In this document: positions 46,392-58,600 of the stretch, in pieces
Position numbering within the stretch: position 1 is the stretch's first letter
How the letters are laid out: every line of letters begins with the position of its first letter
Source of the DNA: a virus
DNA length: 64,000 nt
IMG/VR virus record: IMGVR_UViG_3300045988_119743
Reading direction: 5' to 3' (one strand)
Notes under the pieces: generated by a model
What the model was told of the DNA's origin: nothing
Database searches by the model: none
Seen by the model: the letters and a program-made list of their open reading frames with translations, nothing else
Made by a program: the position numbers and the translations under genes

Positions 46392-47456
46392 TCAGACAGC
46401 AGCGTTGTTATTGCAACATCCGTTGTTACATCCGCATCCGTTATTACAGCAACCTCCTCCGAATACCTGTCCCCAAGTATAAGCCTGGTAAGGAGAACAA
46501 GAGGGGTAGGCCGGGACGGCCGTCGGGCGTAATTGACCAACGATATTCTGGGTTTGTTGCTGAGATAATGCCGAAGCTGTCAAAGCCGCTTTTTCTTCAC
46601 GAAGTTGAGCAATAGTGTTCTGCATCTCCCTCATTTCCAACTGACAGAATTTGTCGTTGATCATAACGGTTTGGGCGTCAAGTTTCGCAGACAAGATATT
46701 GAATTGGCTTGTAGCTTGCTCACGATTGTTAGCCAGACCTTGGTTGAGACCGTTCTGCAAGATATTGGTTTGTTCCAACGTGCGAAGCTGGTTATCAAAA
46801 CCTTGCTGAGTAATCATTCCCTGAGTCTGGCAAGTGCTTTGATTGATCAACGAACTCAGATTGCAGCAGCAAGAGCTGATTTGATTTCCTATTTCACAAC
46901 CTTGTTGTTGAACTGCGTTGATAACAGCCTGAGAAGTCATACCTACCTGACCAGCTACTTTATCAATAGCACCCTGTACGTTGCAGATAGCGTTCTGAAG
47001 TTGAGTAGTAGAACAGTTCAAAGCAGAAGCAATCTGATCTATGGCGCTACGATTACCTTGAATTGCCTGCATCAAAAGTTCACGACCGTAATCGTTATTC
47101 AACTGAGCCGGCAAACCATTGGCACAACAATCACCGCCATTTCCAAAACCGTTACCGAAGCCGCGTCCACCCCACAGCCAGAACAAAACAATTATCCAGA
47201 GCCACCAACCGTTAGCCCCACCGAAACCGTCCTGGTTGTTACGACCGTTCATCAAAGCCGCCACCAGATTCGGATCCATTTTATTACCACCTATCAAATT
47301 AGCAAACATGCCGGGAATCATTGAAAGAAGACCGTTAGTGGCTGCACCACCACCGTTAGCCCCGGCTCCATCTAAAAGGACGATTTTATCACCACCCATA
47401 ATTTTATAGTATTTAATTGTTAAACATACGTGCATGAAGCACGTAACAAAGTTCAT
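46392..47456 (-). CDS. Gly/Asn-rich membrane protein with a Q/N-rich coiled coil and a Cys/Asn/Gly C-terminal tail
   Basis: Probable start MGGDKIV at ~47400. TM segment WWLWIIVLFWLWGG; a long Q/N-rich region with scattered Cys; ends ...GGGCCNNGCGCNNGCCNNNAAV. Confidence 0.5.
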   Translation of the reverse strand: MNFVTCFMHVCLTIKYYKIMGGDKIVLLDGAGANGGGAATNGLLSMIPGMFANLIGGNKMDPNLVAALMNGRNNQDGFGGANGWWLWIIVLFWLWGGRGFGNGFGNGGDCCANGLPAQLNNDYGRELLMQAIQGNRSAIDQIASALNCSTTQLQNAICNVQGAIDKVAGQVGMTSQAVINAVQQQGCEIGNQISSCCCNLSSLINQSTCQTQGMITQQGFDNQLRTLEQTNILQNGLNQGLANNREQATSQFNILSAKLDAQTVMINDKFCQLEMREMQNTIAQLREEKAALTASALSQQQTQNIVGQLRPTAVPAYPSCSPYQAYTWGQVFGGGCCNNGCGCNNGCCNNNAAV

Positions 47457-47576
47457 GATTGTAAGGTGGAATATAGGTGTGTTTATTTCTTATAGAAGAG
47501 AAATATTTTCAGCAAAAACAGAAACAAAAAAAAGGTAGTGTTTTTTATTCTTTCAAAACACCACCTGTAAATAAAC

Positions 47577-48461
47577 TTAAGCAAACTTGCCATATTTTAG
47601 AAACACATTTTTGAGTTTTCCTTTTATACCATTTAAGGTCACTTCATATCCGGAGCCTGTCATGTATATGGTTTGTTGATTGATTCTATCACCAGAATAC
47701 TTATCTATGAAATAAGACCTATACACTCCATACCCTTTAACTACAACATTGCTATATAGCTCCCATTTGCCAAGACCGTTCCTAAACATGAATTTAGCTT
47801 CTTCAAGGAATGAGCGAAGATTCTTTTCAGCAATAATAACACCATTTTGCTCTAACTTCTTTGCAATATCACGAATCAGCCACATATTGTTATGGTCTAC
47901 TTTCCTAAAAGACTCGGCAAATTCTACATCGGGCTTGTGTTCTTCTATTGTTTTCAAGGCTTGTTGCTTCTCTGCCTCTGCCTGCGACTTTTCGGCTATA
48001 GCTTTTTGAGCAGCTTCATATTGATCAGCCCAGGCTCTTGCTGCATCTGCCGGATTAGAAAAGTCAGGGACCAAAATTCCCTTTCCACCGGAACTTGTTT
48101 TATATTCTCCTGTTTTACGAATAGAAGGAAGAACCTCAGATGTTACCCATTTCTTAAATCTCTTAGCAGACTCTAATTTTGAAGATAATATAAGAGAATA
48201 TAAACCAGATTCATTAATTATTCTTATACTATCTATATATCTGGTTTTCAATATAGATCGTTTTACGCCCCATTGATTATCAGATACTTGCAAAAGCATA
48301 GAATCATCATCATCTACATGTCTTTTTACCGCATCTTTAGCATTTATATATCCAAGAGACTTAGCCACATCTGACGCCACAAACCAAACATCTCCTTTTG
48401 GATCTACAATAATTCTAAGCTCTCCAAAATCCGAACTTTCAAAAACAGAAACTTTATCCAT
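47577..48461 (-). CDS. Bro-N / ANT (KilAC) antirepressor-like protein
   Basis: The N-terminus MDKVSVFESSDFGELRIIVDPKGDVWFVASDVAKSLGY fits the Bro-N consensus; the C-terminal half resembles the phage ANT domain. Confidence 0.65.
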   Translation of the reverse strand: MDKVSVFESSDFGELRIIVDPKGDVWFVASDVAKSLGYINAKDAVKRHVDDDDSMLLQVSDNQWGVKRSILKTRYIDSIRIINESGLYSLILSSKLESAKRFKKWVTSEVLPSIRKTGEYKTSSGGKGILVPDFSNPADAARAWADQYEAAQKAIAEKSQAEAEKQQALKTIEEHKPDVEFAESFRKVDHNNMWLIRDIAKKLEQNGVIIAEKNLRSFLEEAKFMFRNGLGKWELYSNVVVKGYGVYRSYFIDKYSGDRINQQTIYMTGSGYEVTLNGIKGKLKNVFLKYGKFA

Positions 48462-48640
48462 GATAAAAAAAATAGGCCCAAAAGAGAATGTCAGATCCCA
48501 CTATGACAAACCCTAATGAGCCAAAAATATCTTTCAACATCAAACAACCAGAGGTGGGATCTCGTTGTTCATTGTTTCTGGAGCAAAGATAGGAACAGGA
48601 TTTTAAATAGCAAATATTTTAATACTTTTTAAATCAAACC

Positions 48641-48664
48641 AGGGCCCGCATCACTGCGAGCCCT
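48641..48664 (-). terminator. strong hairpin AGGGCCCGCA tcac TGCGAGCCCT with an A/T-rich tract downstream on the minus strand
   Basis: 9/10-bp stem with a 4-nt loop, in the gap downstream of the 65-aa minus ORF. Confidence 0.4.
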
Positions 48665-48748
48665 GATCTACACTAATCTAAACTAATACCATGAAAAACT
48701 TAAATCTAAAAACTAAAGAACACACAAATGTATGAAAATGTATGCTTT

Positions 48749-48946
48749 TCACAAAGAATCTGTATCCTGTTCTTTTGTATGGTTAAGTACATGGGATATA
48801 GTTCTGATACTTAATCCGGTTTGATTTTGTATCAGATTATAAATATAGGATTTTGAAACTACAGTTCTTAATTGACCTAAATCATTCATAATGTTTTTAT
48901 ACATAAGATGAATGCTGTTGTTACGTTTGATGGTACTGATTCTCAT
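48749..48946 (-). CDS. hypothetical small protein (weak)
   Basis: 65-aa ORF isolated within a 700-nt gap. Confidence 0.25.
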   Translation of the reverse strand: MRISTIKRNNSIHLMYKNIMNDLGQLRTVVSKSYIYNLIQNQTGLSIRTISHVLNHTKEQDTDSL

Positions 48947-49170
48947 TTCCTACTGTTATTAGTTACGTTCGGTTCTTACTTTTTCCTTATTTCCATAATC
49001 CCTTCCTGAAACTAATATTGCAAACTTAATAAAAATAATTCATAAACAATGAAAATCTAACTTTTCTTGTATGTTATTGATATACGTACATATATAAGAA
49101 AAGTGAGACTTTCACAAGCCTCACTTCCCAAATTATAACTATGAAAAAACTATATATATGTACACAAAAA

Positions 49171-51426
49171 TTACCTGCATTCCAATTTATTAAGATCATC
49201 CAATTCAGGCTTGCTTACGGTCATGTCTTGCGTCAAGCCAGATCTGTTTTGGTATGGAGCGTAATCGGTTTCTACCGTCTTAGCCTTCTGAGTAGAATCG
49301 TATTTCACCTCTGATTCGGTTCCTGTCAGATTTTGATAGATAGAGCCGGAACTGCTCTCGCCAACTTTAGTGAACACCGTGTTCCCTATTCTGATAAAAT
49401 TATTATACAACCCTTCTACGATAACATTACCATCCTGCTTAGTTATGTTATGATCCCGAACCTCATTTAAGAGATTAGGATGTTTTGTAAAAAGATCGTG
49501 ATAGAAATCAGAACCGGCATATAACATATCATAATAATCCAAATAGAACAGATCTGTAAAAGAAGGATCGGTGCTGCTCATGCTATACTCAAATAGCTGT
49601 TCACGATCATTACCTGCCAAAGATAGTTCAATTTGTTTTAACGTATCCGGATCTGAAATGGTAAGACCCAGTAAATGATCTGGTTTAAAGTCAAGATACT
49701 TGTATGCCCCTTCATACACTTCCGTATTATGAAGCTTATTTTCAAGATAAGATTGGTATAAATCGAATAAGAGTAAAGGATTCTCTTTGTCCTGCTTTCT
49801 GTTTATGTATCGGCTAAACTCCCGTTCTTCATTAACATACGGACTTTCAGGAATAACAAGATGACCAAACGCCAATCTGGTAGCATTCATCTCTTCCGTA
49901 TTCTGAGAATCGGTATAAGACAGGACGTATTTTTTAATAGAATCAGCAAGGGCCTTACTATCTACGTTTTTCACGCGGAGCTTATCTAAAACACCATCTT
50001 TAAAACAATATTCAGGATAGATACCAGGTGGGAAATAAGTTAGGCTCTGCTTGGCAAGCTCGGCAGCCATATCGTACAAATCACCTAAATTATCTCTTTC
50101 TACCTTATGATATAGGTTTCCACCAAGATAAAGCAGAGAATGATTTTCAAATGCCGATACTGGATCTATGTCAGATTCCATATAAACGATATTCATATTA
50201 TCCATATACTCTGGCAAAAACATAACACGGCGATCCCTGCTATCTCCAAGAACGTCATCAATAGCAGAAGCTAAAGTAGGAGCATAAGTATCATCGTTGC
50301 GCCTTGCTACATAAATATCAAGATCCAACATCAAGCTATCAATTTTATTCAGCGATTCTTCTGTTCCGTCATATGCCTTAGACACGCCTACGATATCTAT
50401 ACCAAGACCCACACAAGCCTCTTCTACGTCCCATATCATACTTCTAAGGTCTTCTTCTGTATCAGCATTAACCCTATTTAGAAAGGCTGATATACGAGCT
50501 CGTAATGACTCAGATCCAATAGGGCTGTAATAAGCATAATCTTGCAACTTTGATAATGACCGTCTCTTCCCTTCTACGATATTATTATCTTCTAAAGCCA
50601 CAACCGGAACGATGTTCATATTCGAAAATTCGTTGAACATCGACAAGGCAAAACTCTTATCCGACTGATATCTTTCAACTAACTCCGGATATGAATCAGA
50701 TAAAGATCCGAAAGCAGCATCAAACTCTGAAGCAACACTAATACCTCCTACTGTATTTTTTATAGCCTCATAAACTTCAGCCGGATTGTATGATGCTCTC
50801 TTTCCTAATTTATTGAAGACGCCTTTTTTATACACAACAGGACCGTATGGTTTTTCTACGGTTGTGAAGTAAAACTCTTTCCCAAGATCGTGTTCGTTAT
50901 TAGAATAGTCTAATAATAGCCTCATAAAAGAGCTGACCTCATTGAATACAGAAGGATTATCTAATATCCTACTTATTTCCGTCTCATTATACAAGCCGGA
51001 TCTTCTTAGATTTTCTTCATTTAGGATAAGATTGCCATCCACATAAAAAGAGCTTCTAACTCTATTAATAAGAGATCGTATGCTATATATGGAATTGGAT
51101 ATCATAACATCTCTTACATCCTTAACATCCTGAGCCGTTAAGGGATCGGAAAAATAAGCCTGACGCTTCATATACGACAGCACATCTTCTAAAAGAGGTT
51201 CGCCATTAGGATCGGTATTAAACATCTCCCCTGGAGCCGGGTTATTCCAATGACCGTAATACGACAAAAAACCAGGAGTGTAAGCCTTAGCCCATACCTG
51301 AAGAGCCCGCTCGCTGTTTCCTAATACTTTTAAAGCACTTTCGTAAAGAACGGAAGGCTCCCCGTTAGGAGCCTTAACCCGTTTTATTTCATTTTCCTTT
51401 TTTTCTATCTGACATTTGACACCCAT
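49171..51426 (-). CDS. large virion-module protein (~751 aa from the ATG at 51426)
   Basis: Long minus-strand ORF. The first ATG (MGVKCQIEKK) is at 51426; the track start at 51447 is a TTG. Function unassigned; portal or other structural roles are possible. Confidence 0.6.
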   Translation of the reverse strand: MGVKCQIEKKENEIKRVKAPNGEPSVLYESALKVLGNSERALQVWAKAYTPGFLSYYGHWNNPAPGEMFNTDPNGEPLLEDVLSYMKRQAYFSDPLTAQDVKDVRDVMISNSIYSIRSLINRVRSSFYVDGNLILNEENLRRSGLYNETEISRILDNPSVFNEVSSFMRLLLDYSNNEHDLGKEFYFTTVEKPYGPVVYKKGVFNKLGKRASYNPAEVYEAIKNTVGGISVASEFDAAFGSLSDSYPELVERYQSDKSFALSMFNEFSNMNIVPVVALEDNNIVEGKRRSLSKLQDYAYYSPIGSESLRARISAFLNRVNADTEEDLRSMIWDVEEACVGLGIDIVGVSKAYDGTEESLNKIDSLMLDLDIYVARRNDDTYAPTLASAIDDVLGDSRDRRVMFLPEYMDNMNIVYMESDIDPVSAFENHSLLYLGGNLYHKVERDNLGDLYDMAAELAKQSLTYFPPGIYPEYCFKDGVLDKLRVKNVDSKALADSIKKYVLSYTDSQNTEEMNATRLAFGHLVIPESPYVNEEREFSRYINRKQDKENPLLLFDLYQSYLENKLHNTEVYEGAYKYLDFKPDHLLGLTISDPDTLKQIELSLAGNDREQLFEYSMSSTDPSFTDLFYLDYYDMLYAGSDFYHDLFTKHPNLLNEVRDHNITKQDGNVIVEGLYNNFIRIGNTVFTKVGESSSGSIYQNLTGTESEVKYDSTQKAKTVETDYAPYQNRSGLTQDMTVSKPELDDLNKLECR

Positions 51427-51467
51427 AGTGATAAATATTTTAGACAAAGATAGTATAAAAATAGAAA

Positions 51468-52055
51468 TTATGAAACTTCTATTTCATAATGCGAAGCCTT
51501 TGTCTCAACTATCAATCTTCCCTCTCCTTCGAACTCAACGCTATCATTTCCTGGACCAGTAACAAAAGGGAAATCAGATACGGATGTTACATAATCTCCA
51601 GAACCACCGGAGAAAGACTGACTTTTACTTTGTTTGTAATTGATAGTCAATTGTGTTTTACCTATCTGAAGAGTTCCAGATAAATTTTTAGTATAAGTAG
51701 TGGTAGTTGTAATATCCCCATTTTTATAACAATACATTATAAAGGTGGTAACCGGACTCTTTTTTATATTACTATCCGGACCTGCATGATAAGATTCATT
51801 TCCTCCAAATATGCTATAAATGTGACAATAAGGACCGACTCTTTTACTTGAAGTTTTAGCCTTATCCTCGACTCCTTTCAAAGATATAGTAACCTTACTC
51901 TTGTATTCAATATCCTTCCAATTACAGACTCCTTCACTTACGTTTCCAACAAACCTGTCATCAACATAAACCTCTATATCCCCCTGCTGATTGGTCTTCA
52001 ACTGATACTGAACAAGATTTGAAACATCTTCGTATCTCCTTCTCATACTCAACAC
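51468..52055 (-). CDS. beta-rich S/T/G/Y/N-rich protein (cassette gene 2), possible adhesin/receptor-binding module
   Basis: 195 aa. The probable start is the ATG giving MRRRYEDV, which lies inside repeat module A. Composition: TTTTTYTKNLSGTLQIGKTQLTINYKQSKSQSFSGGSGDYV. Confidence 0.45.
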   Translation of the reverse strand: MLSMRRRYEDVSNLVQYQLKTNQQGDIEVYVDDRFVGNVSEGVCNWKDIEYKSKVTISLKGVEDKAKTSSKRVGPYCHIYSIFGGNESYHAGPDSNIKKSPVTTFIMYCYKNGDITTTTTYTKNLSGTLQIGKTQLTINYKQSKSQSFSGGSGDYVTSVSDFPFVTGPGNDSVEFEGEGRLIVETKASHYEIEVS

Positions 52056-52134
52056 TCCTTATTTAACTCATTTATCGAATTTTTCTATCTGACATTTGAC
52101 ACCCATAATAATTAACTTTTTTTTTCAAAATTAA

Positions 52135-52629
52135 CTATAAAATCGACTTATACAATGACGGATCCCAAACTCCTTCTATATAAATCTCTGGGAAACTCAA
52201 ACTGCCATCACGAAGAGTGGTAACTTTCAAACTGGGAATGTTAAAAACAGTGCTAACATCACTAAACTCACCATTCAACTTAATAGCATTTCCACTATTA
52301 TCAGCTTCATAATAATAATAACAATAATTTTCATTAAGACTCGGATCATATTCGTACCAATATGTTAGATCTTGCATATGGTCTTCTATATTACCAATTT
52401 TATTTCCACCTAATATAAAAATACCATTATTGCTATGATGATAAACCGTAGATTCATAATTACCATAATTCCAGTCACTATTAAACACTATATCACTGAC
52501 ATCGGAATCATGATCTTTTAATACAGGTCCTATATGTATATGAATTTTATTAAACTGACATACATAAGGTCTTTTTCCTCCAAGCCTTTTTATCTCTTCA
52601 TTAGATAACTTATTATAACATCCTCCCAC
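52135..52629 (-). CDS. beta-rich N/Y/G-rich protein (cassette gene 1)
   Basis: 164 aa; GTG start in the track. NSDWNYGNYESTVYHHSNNGIFILGGNKIGN...YCYYYYEADNSGN. Confidence 0.4.
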   Translation of the reverse strand: MGGCYNKLSNEEIKRLGGKRPYVCQFNKIHIHIGPVLKDHDSDVSDIVFNSDWNYGNYESTVYHHSNNGIFILGGNKIGNIEDHMQDLTYWYEYDPSLNENYCYYYYEADNSGNAIKLNGEFSDVSTVFNIPSLKVTTLRDGSLSFPEIYIEGVWDPSLYKSIL

Positions 52630-52668
52630 AAAATTATCCGCAGCATTAAAAAAATCTCCTTCTCATAC

Positions 52669-55600
52669 TCAACACTCTTTATTTAACTCATTTATCGAAT
52701 CCGAATTATCAGAACCTTCTACGAGATTCTTATTTCTATCTATCTCTTCCTGGCTCATATTACTCATCATATTTTGTATTTTTCTACCAGATTGAGATAA
52801 AGAGCGGATGAATGCACTGGAACTTATCTTAACTCCAAGATCCGGTTTTACCCTAAACGCTTCACCGGTACTGATATTATACAAATCATACACACCTGAG
52901 TTCATATAGAATTTATATATCCAGTTTCCACCAGCTTTTTTGTACCCTAATTTGGTTAACTCGACTACACTCATACCAAATTTAATGCCATTACGACCCA
53001 TTATCTTCTCCGGTATAGGTTCTACCTTAGCCGGAACAGATGTATATGCTTCATCACCGCCGTACAGGAAATAAGGGGTTGTTACCCTTGATATGTGAGT
53101 AAGCGGTTCTTCGGATATACGAGGTTCGTCTTTCTCGGCCTTAGATTCTTTCCTTGGATTGGATATTCTAATAAAAGGATCGTATGTTAAAAAGGTTAAG
53201 CCGTATTCTACTTTATAACCTGATACGCCGTTAAGATCCCTTATAGCCTTAGTCGTATGCGAGTGGTTGATGGTGTCTATCCCGTACCTTGATTCCATAT
53301 CGGTCATAATGCTATTAACTTCATCCCCCTCTACATAAACCTCTTCTCCTTCCGGGATAGAGGTTATGCCGGCAGCCCTTCTAAGTAACCATAAAGTAAC
53401 TTCGGCAATATCAGAGAACTTATCTCCGTTCTTCTTATAGTTATCTACTCTTCCTTCTTCAGATCCAGGTAAATAGACATCTCCCTCAGCTTTGCCATCA
53501 TCTCTGGGTTGTCCTTCTCTTTTTCCATCTCCCTTTTTATCGCCATCTTCCTCAGCGCGTACTGCACCGCCTTCTGCACTTCCTTCTTTTCCATCATTTA
53601 AAATATTATCTGATTCTGACTCTATAGACTCCACGACAGCATCATACTCTGGAATGCCGCTAAGGAAATCTGCTACGTTATTCAAAAACTCTATTTTTTC
53701 CTCGTTTGTCATATCAAGGCTTTCCATAGGTCTCCATATGGCAGGCAGGTTATTTAATTCTATTGCAGTAGAAACATCTTCTACAGTTTGATTATCTACC
53801 GTAGGCAAAACTTCAGAAACCAAACTATTGATGTCAGATTCCATTTTTTCTACTTCCTCTTTTGTGCCATATTCTTTTAGGGTATCCATGCCATTGACTC
53901 TAAGAGAATAATTCAAAGCCTTGCTTGGAACAAAATTAATATATTTCAAAAAGTTTTTCAACTCTGATATAATTTGTTCGTCAGATCTTGGCCCAACATA
54001 ATCAACCACCACCTGATCTGTTTGAGAACGAAGCCAAGAAACGTATTCTTCTAAGGTCTTACCACCTTTACTGGAAGGAGTGGATATTTTATCACCTACT
54101 GTTCCTTTAGGTTCTAATCCCATTTCTTCCTTAAGGCTTTTAGGATTACCTCTCTCACGAAGAAACCTCAAATCACCTCCTACAATCTTCCTTGCTATAA
54201 AATCAAAAATATTAGCATAAGGCGGCAATCCCTCTTTTTCTATATGAGATTCTATTTCGTTTAACATAAGAGAGAAGTTTTTCCTGGAGGTACGCTTCTT
54301 GCCAGGTAAAGACCGCGCAGCTTGTGCCGCAGGAGTCGGCTGAGCTAATGGCGCCGGCTGAGTCTCCCGGACAGCCCCTTCCTCTGGCATTTCCTCTTCA
54401 TAAACATCCACGTCTTCTTTAGAAGTAACGGTCTTACCCTCATCAGAGAAAGGAAGATCATCCTCTATAAGTGATTTAGGTCTAGAAGATGATTTACCAA
54501 ACTGAATCCTGATCTTAGGAGCGACAAACATCTCACCTTCGAAATCTATTCCAGATTCTACTTCAGACATCACAATGTCTTTCACATTCCTGCTTTCATC
54601 TTCTACCCATTTAACAACATCAGGAACCGTAGATAATTTTTCTATAGCCTCACGAGCTTTTCTAAGCCCTGAAATAGGATTCAAATACGATACTTGATAC
54701 GAAGCCGGATCAAGGCCTAACTTGGTTAGATACGCATTAAGATCTTGTATATCATCTTGACCCATCTGTAACAATTCAGAGTCACCTGATTCAAGCAGCA
54801 TATCTATAAAAGAAATCCATTTCTTTCCTTCCTCTGATTCCACAGAACGTAGACTAACCGGGAAAAGATAATTAAGACCGTTTTTGCCTTTGATGACAAC
54901 TACCGGAACTCTTACATTTTTGTAATTATTCCCCTTGTCATTTAATATAGAATAAGCAAATGGGAAGCCTGTGTATTTAGATCCGTTCTTAAGCACGACT
55001 TTGCCATTTAATACATATCCGACATCAGATACTTTTTCAGCTCCTTTTTCGGTAATAGGGAGATTTTCTACCTGACCATATCCTTGACCGTTTACTCTCA
55101 TGTTAAACACCGGTCTTCCAGGAAGGGTCTGGGCAACAACATGCGTGCCGACGTTGATGGTGGCCGACCGGCCGGCGTCCTTCTTCCACTTGTTAAAAGC
55201 CGTTCTTCTTATCTTACTTATACCATCTATGCCTCCTGTGTCAGCTTTTACAACAGAAACGAATCTGTTTCCACTCATGACCTTGATAACCATATTGGAT
55301 ACCAGCTTATTTTCAGCAGATTCTATTCTTTTTTTATCACCGGACTGAACAGCATCATTGTATTCGGCAAAAAGAGACTGATTATAGGTATCATTTGCAT
55401 CTATCTCAAGATTAACCTTATCTCCTTTCTTCAAAGAAGATAATGCTTCCTGATCTATTTTATCTACTTCATTCTCTCCGAATCCAACACCTGTTCTGTA
55501 CGGAACCAATTCGTCTGAATCAAGACGCTTATAAACCAAAGAATATGAATTACCCACGTCCTGAATAGACACATCTGTGTAACGGTTAAGAACACGAGCC

Positions 55601-58600
55601 GATTCTTTGTCTATAGACCATCTCGCATGATAAGGCAGTTCAATTATAGTAGCCGTTTCTCCACCTATGTTAAGAGAATACCTTTTAGTACCATTAGCGT
55701 TCGTTTCAGAGCTTATTTGAATAGGAACCAATGATTTTATAGAAGATATAAATTTATCGGCTCTAAGACCTGCAATTTCATACCTTTCATTGCCGTCATT
55801 GGAGATTCTTCTTACCATCAACGTCTCTGGATTCTGGGCGCTATCTATATTGGCTCCCGGCGTATTATCAGATTCGTCTAATTCATTTACAAGAGAATCT
55901 ATATTAGCATCATCCTCCCCAAAATTACTTAACGTAGATTCGGAAATACGACCTTTATCAATAATCCTGTTTTGTTCGATATAAGGAAGGAGATCCGTGA
56001 TGTTTCCAACCTGGCCAAGATCTTCTATGGTAAATACCGAATCGGCAAGCTTATCTTCGTCAACTTTCTCCCCTTTGTCCCGTCTGTTCATTATATCAAC
56101 ATACGAAGAAATAGCATCATCAAGTTCCTTCCTTTGATCTGGTTCCAAATTGGATTTAGCCATATCAATAATAGCTTTATTATCCTCATACACAGATCTC
56201 GGACTTGTAAGCCTATCAGCCTTTTCAGATAATGATTTTATGAGATTAACGGGACTGTCACCCAAAGACGATACATAATCATCAAAATCTTGTTTGTATT
56301 TATCATACACATCTTTTTCTCTCTCAGTAAGAAGATCGGCATTACCTGTATATAGTTTATCAATTATAGACTGCCTTACGGCCGGAACCATAATAGGATT
56401 ATCCATAGCAGCCTCATAATCTTCATCCGATACAGACTCCGTAAGCGGTGACTCTTTTATATCATCTTCTGCTTCCTTCATCCTATCTTCCCTTACTTTA
56501 TCAAGAGCATGCATAAAAGCCTTGATAGTCCAAGCTTCGTCTTCCGAAATCTTACCTTCTGACACAGCTTGATCTACTACCTCATCAGTGTCATATTCAC
56601 CAACTTTATTAGACTCTGCAAAATCAGGAACCTTGTCATCCCCTTTATAAGGAGTAGACCATAGAGAAGACAGCGCTTTTGAAAACCCCCTGTTTTCCTC
56701 AGCTAAGAATCTTTTATCAAGCATCTTAGACAAGAAGTTATTCATATTCCTATAGTCCATCAAACTTCTTCGGTATTCATTTACCAAGGATCTCATGGCT
56801 TTGTCTTTGGCTGTAAACTTCTTTTCCTGTCTTGATTTTACATTAAAATAATCATCAAAAGCCACAAGCGTATCATAGGCTTCTATCACATCTTGTGAAC
56901 TTATGGGAGAAAGAGGAGATGATAAAACAGATTCGGTTTTACTTACCAGCTCTTCTATCGAAAACTCTTTTCCTATTAACGTTGATAACTCAGACAACGA
57001 ATTGTTGTAATTGGTTCTAAGGCTTTCCAATTCTTTGGTTTTTCGTTGTATGGATTCAGCTTGTGGATCTTTCCCTTCTACGTTGCGAGGGCGGGTAGCA
57101 AGATCTTCTATTTCGGATTCAAGTTCTTCTATTCTTGACCGTATGCCACGGATAGCCATCGCCCGCTCCCTTGCCCTGTCCGACAGCCGGGAGAACGTAC
57201 TTAGAGCATCCGCCACGCGAGGCTGCCCCGAAAGCGTTTCTATGACAGAAGCTATGTCTTTCATTCTTGATTCCGATTGAAGACCAAGAAAAGCATTACG
57301 AGCCACGTATTTCCTAAACTCAATCTTAGAATCATCACCTATAAGATCTTCGGCAAAACTCTGGGCAGATCTGAAATCCGAAAGACGATTATTATAATTA
57401 TCAATAATAGAGTCCTTGTATTTCTTTGCCTCTTCCAAAGACATTCCATTAGCTTCGGCTATTTCCGAAATAGGCATCATATCAATCATCTGCCGGAAAT
57501 TTTCAGCCGAATCCTCTAAGGTTCCCATTTGGTTGTCAATAGACATCTTTTCAAACATAGCATCATCAAGCTCCTTACCAGTCATAGACTGGGCATCGGA
57601 ACGAACTTGAGGCCCTAAACTCATTGATTTTTTCAACGTATTCAAAGCCGCCGTGTTAAGATTAGAAGATGCTTTGTTATATTCATTCACTTGCCTTTCC
57701 AGCAAGATCTGACTATTACTATACTCTTTCACCCCAAAGAAGCCTTCTCTCATACCAAACAAAGAACCGATAATAGCACCGATTCCTATTTCAGTCCATC
57801 CTTCTTTAGACGTATATTGCTTTTTAAATCCTTCAGAAATAGCATCAAGAACATCAACGGCTCCGTTCATGGCGACATTATCATATCTTGACTTAACATA
57901 TTCCTCAGCCGTATTCTGAACAGCACCTTGAGATCCTTCTTCCCATAAGCCTTCAGATACCGGTCTTTTCATGATATTGAAAACATTGCCTGCTATCTTC
58001 TGTCCTATATTGGGATTGGTTATTTTAATAGCCATCTCTCCCGGCTTCGCAACTTCCGTCCCTAATCCAAATAAATGCTTGTTGAGCCTCTTTTCCAACC
58101 CTGGTATAGCCTTGCCTCCTAACCCTATATACTTACCAAAAAGAAGCCAGTTAGATAATCCTACGATACCCATATTGGCGGCAAATATAGCACTACCTAC
58201 ATCAGCATTAGAATTACGAAAAACAGCCATTTCCTCTGCATTGGGATCACGACCATAAATCTTACGATAATAATCCTTGAAATCAGACTCAGATTGCTTC
58301 ATAAAAGAATTTGCTTCAACCGATGACTCGAATCCGGCACTGGTAGCCAACAACGTCATGGTCTTAGCCGCCTCCCCTACATTTCTTCCGGTAGCAACTC
58401 CTTTTCTTACATAGTCGTTAAACACGCTTTTAAGGCTTCCTATGCCCCTATTGGCAGCTTGCCTTGCTGCTAACTTAGCTCCGATTCTTCCACCTAATTT
58501 AGCGCCTATATTACCCAATGATCCAACTCCAAGTCCTCCGGTCATGTACGCTGATATCATGGCTCCTACGGTAAAAGACATACCATTACCAAGGACGTCA

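Noticed and set aside
46040-47409. Plus-strand ORFs (191, 239 and 96 aa) opposite the 137-aa and 354-aa minus genes
   Set aside because: They are antisense to better-supported minus-strand genes and have low-complexity translations.
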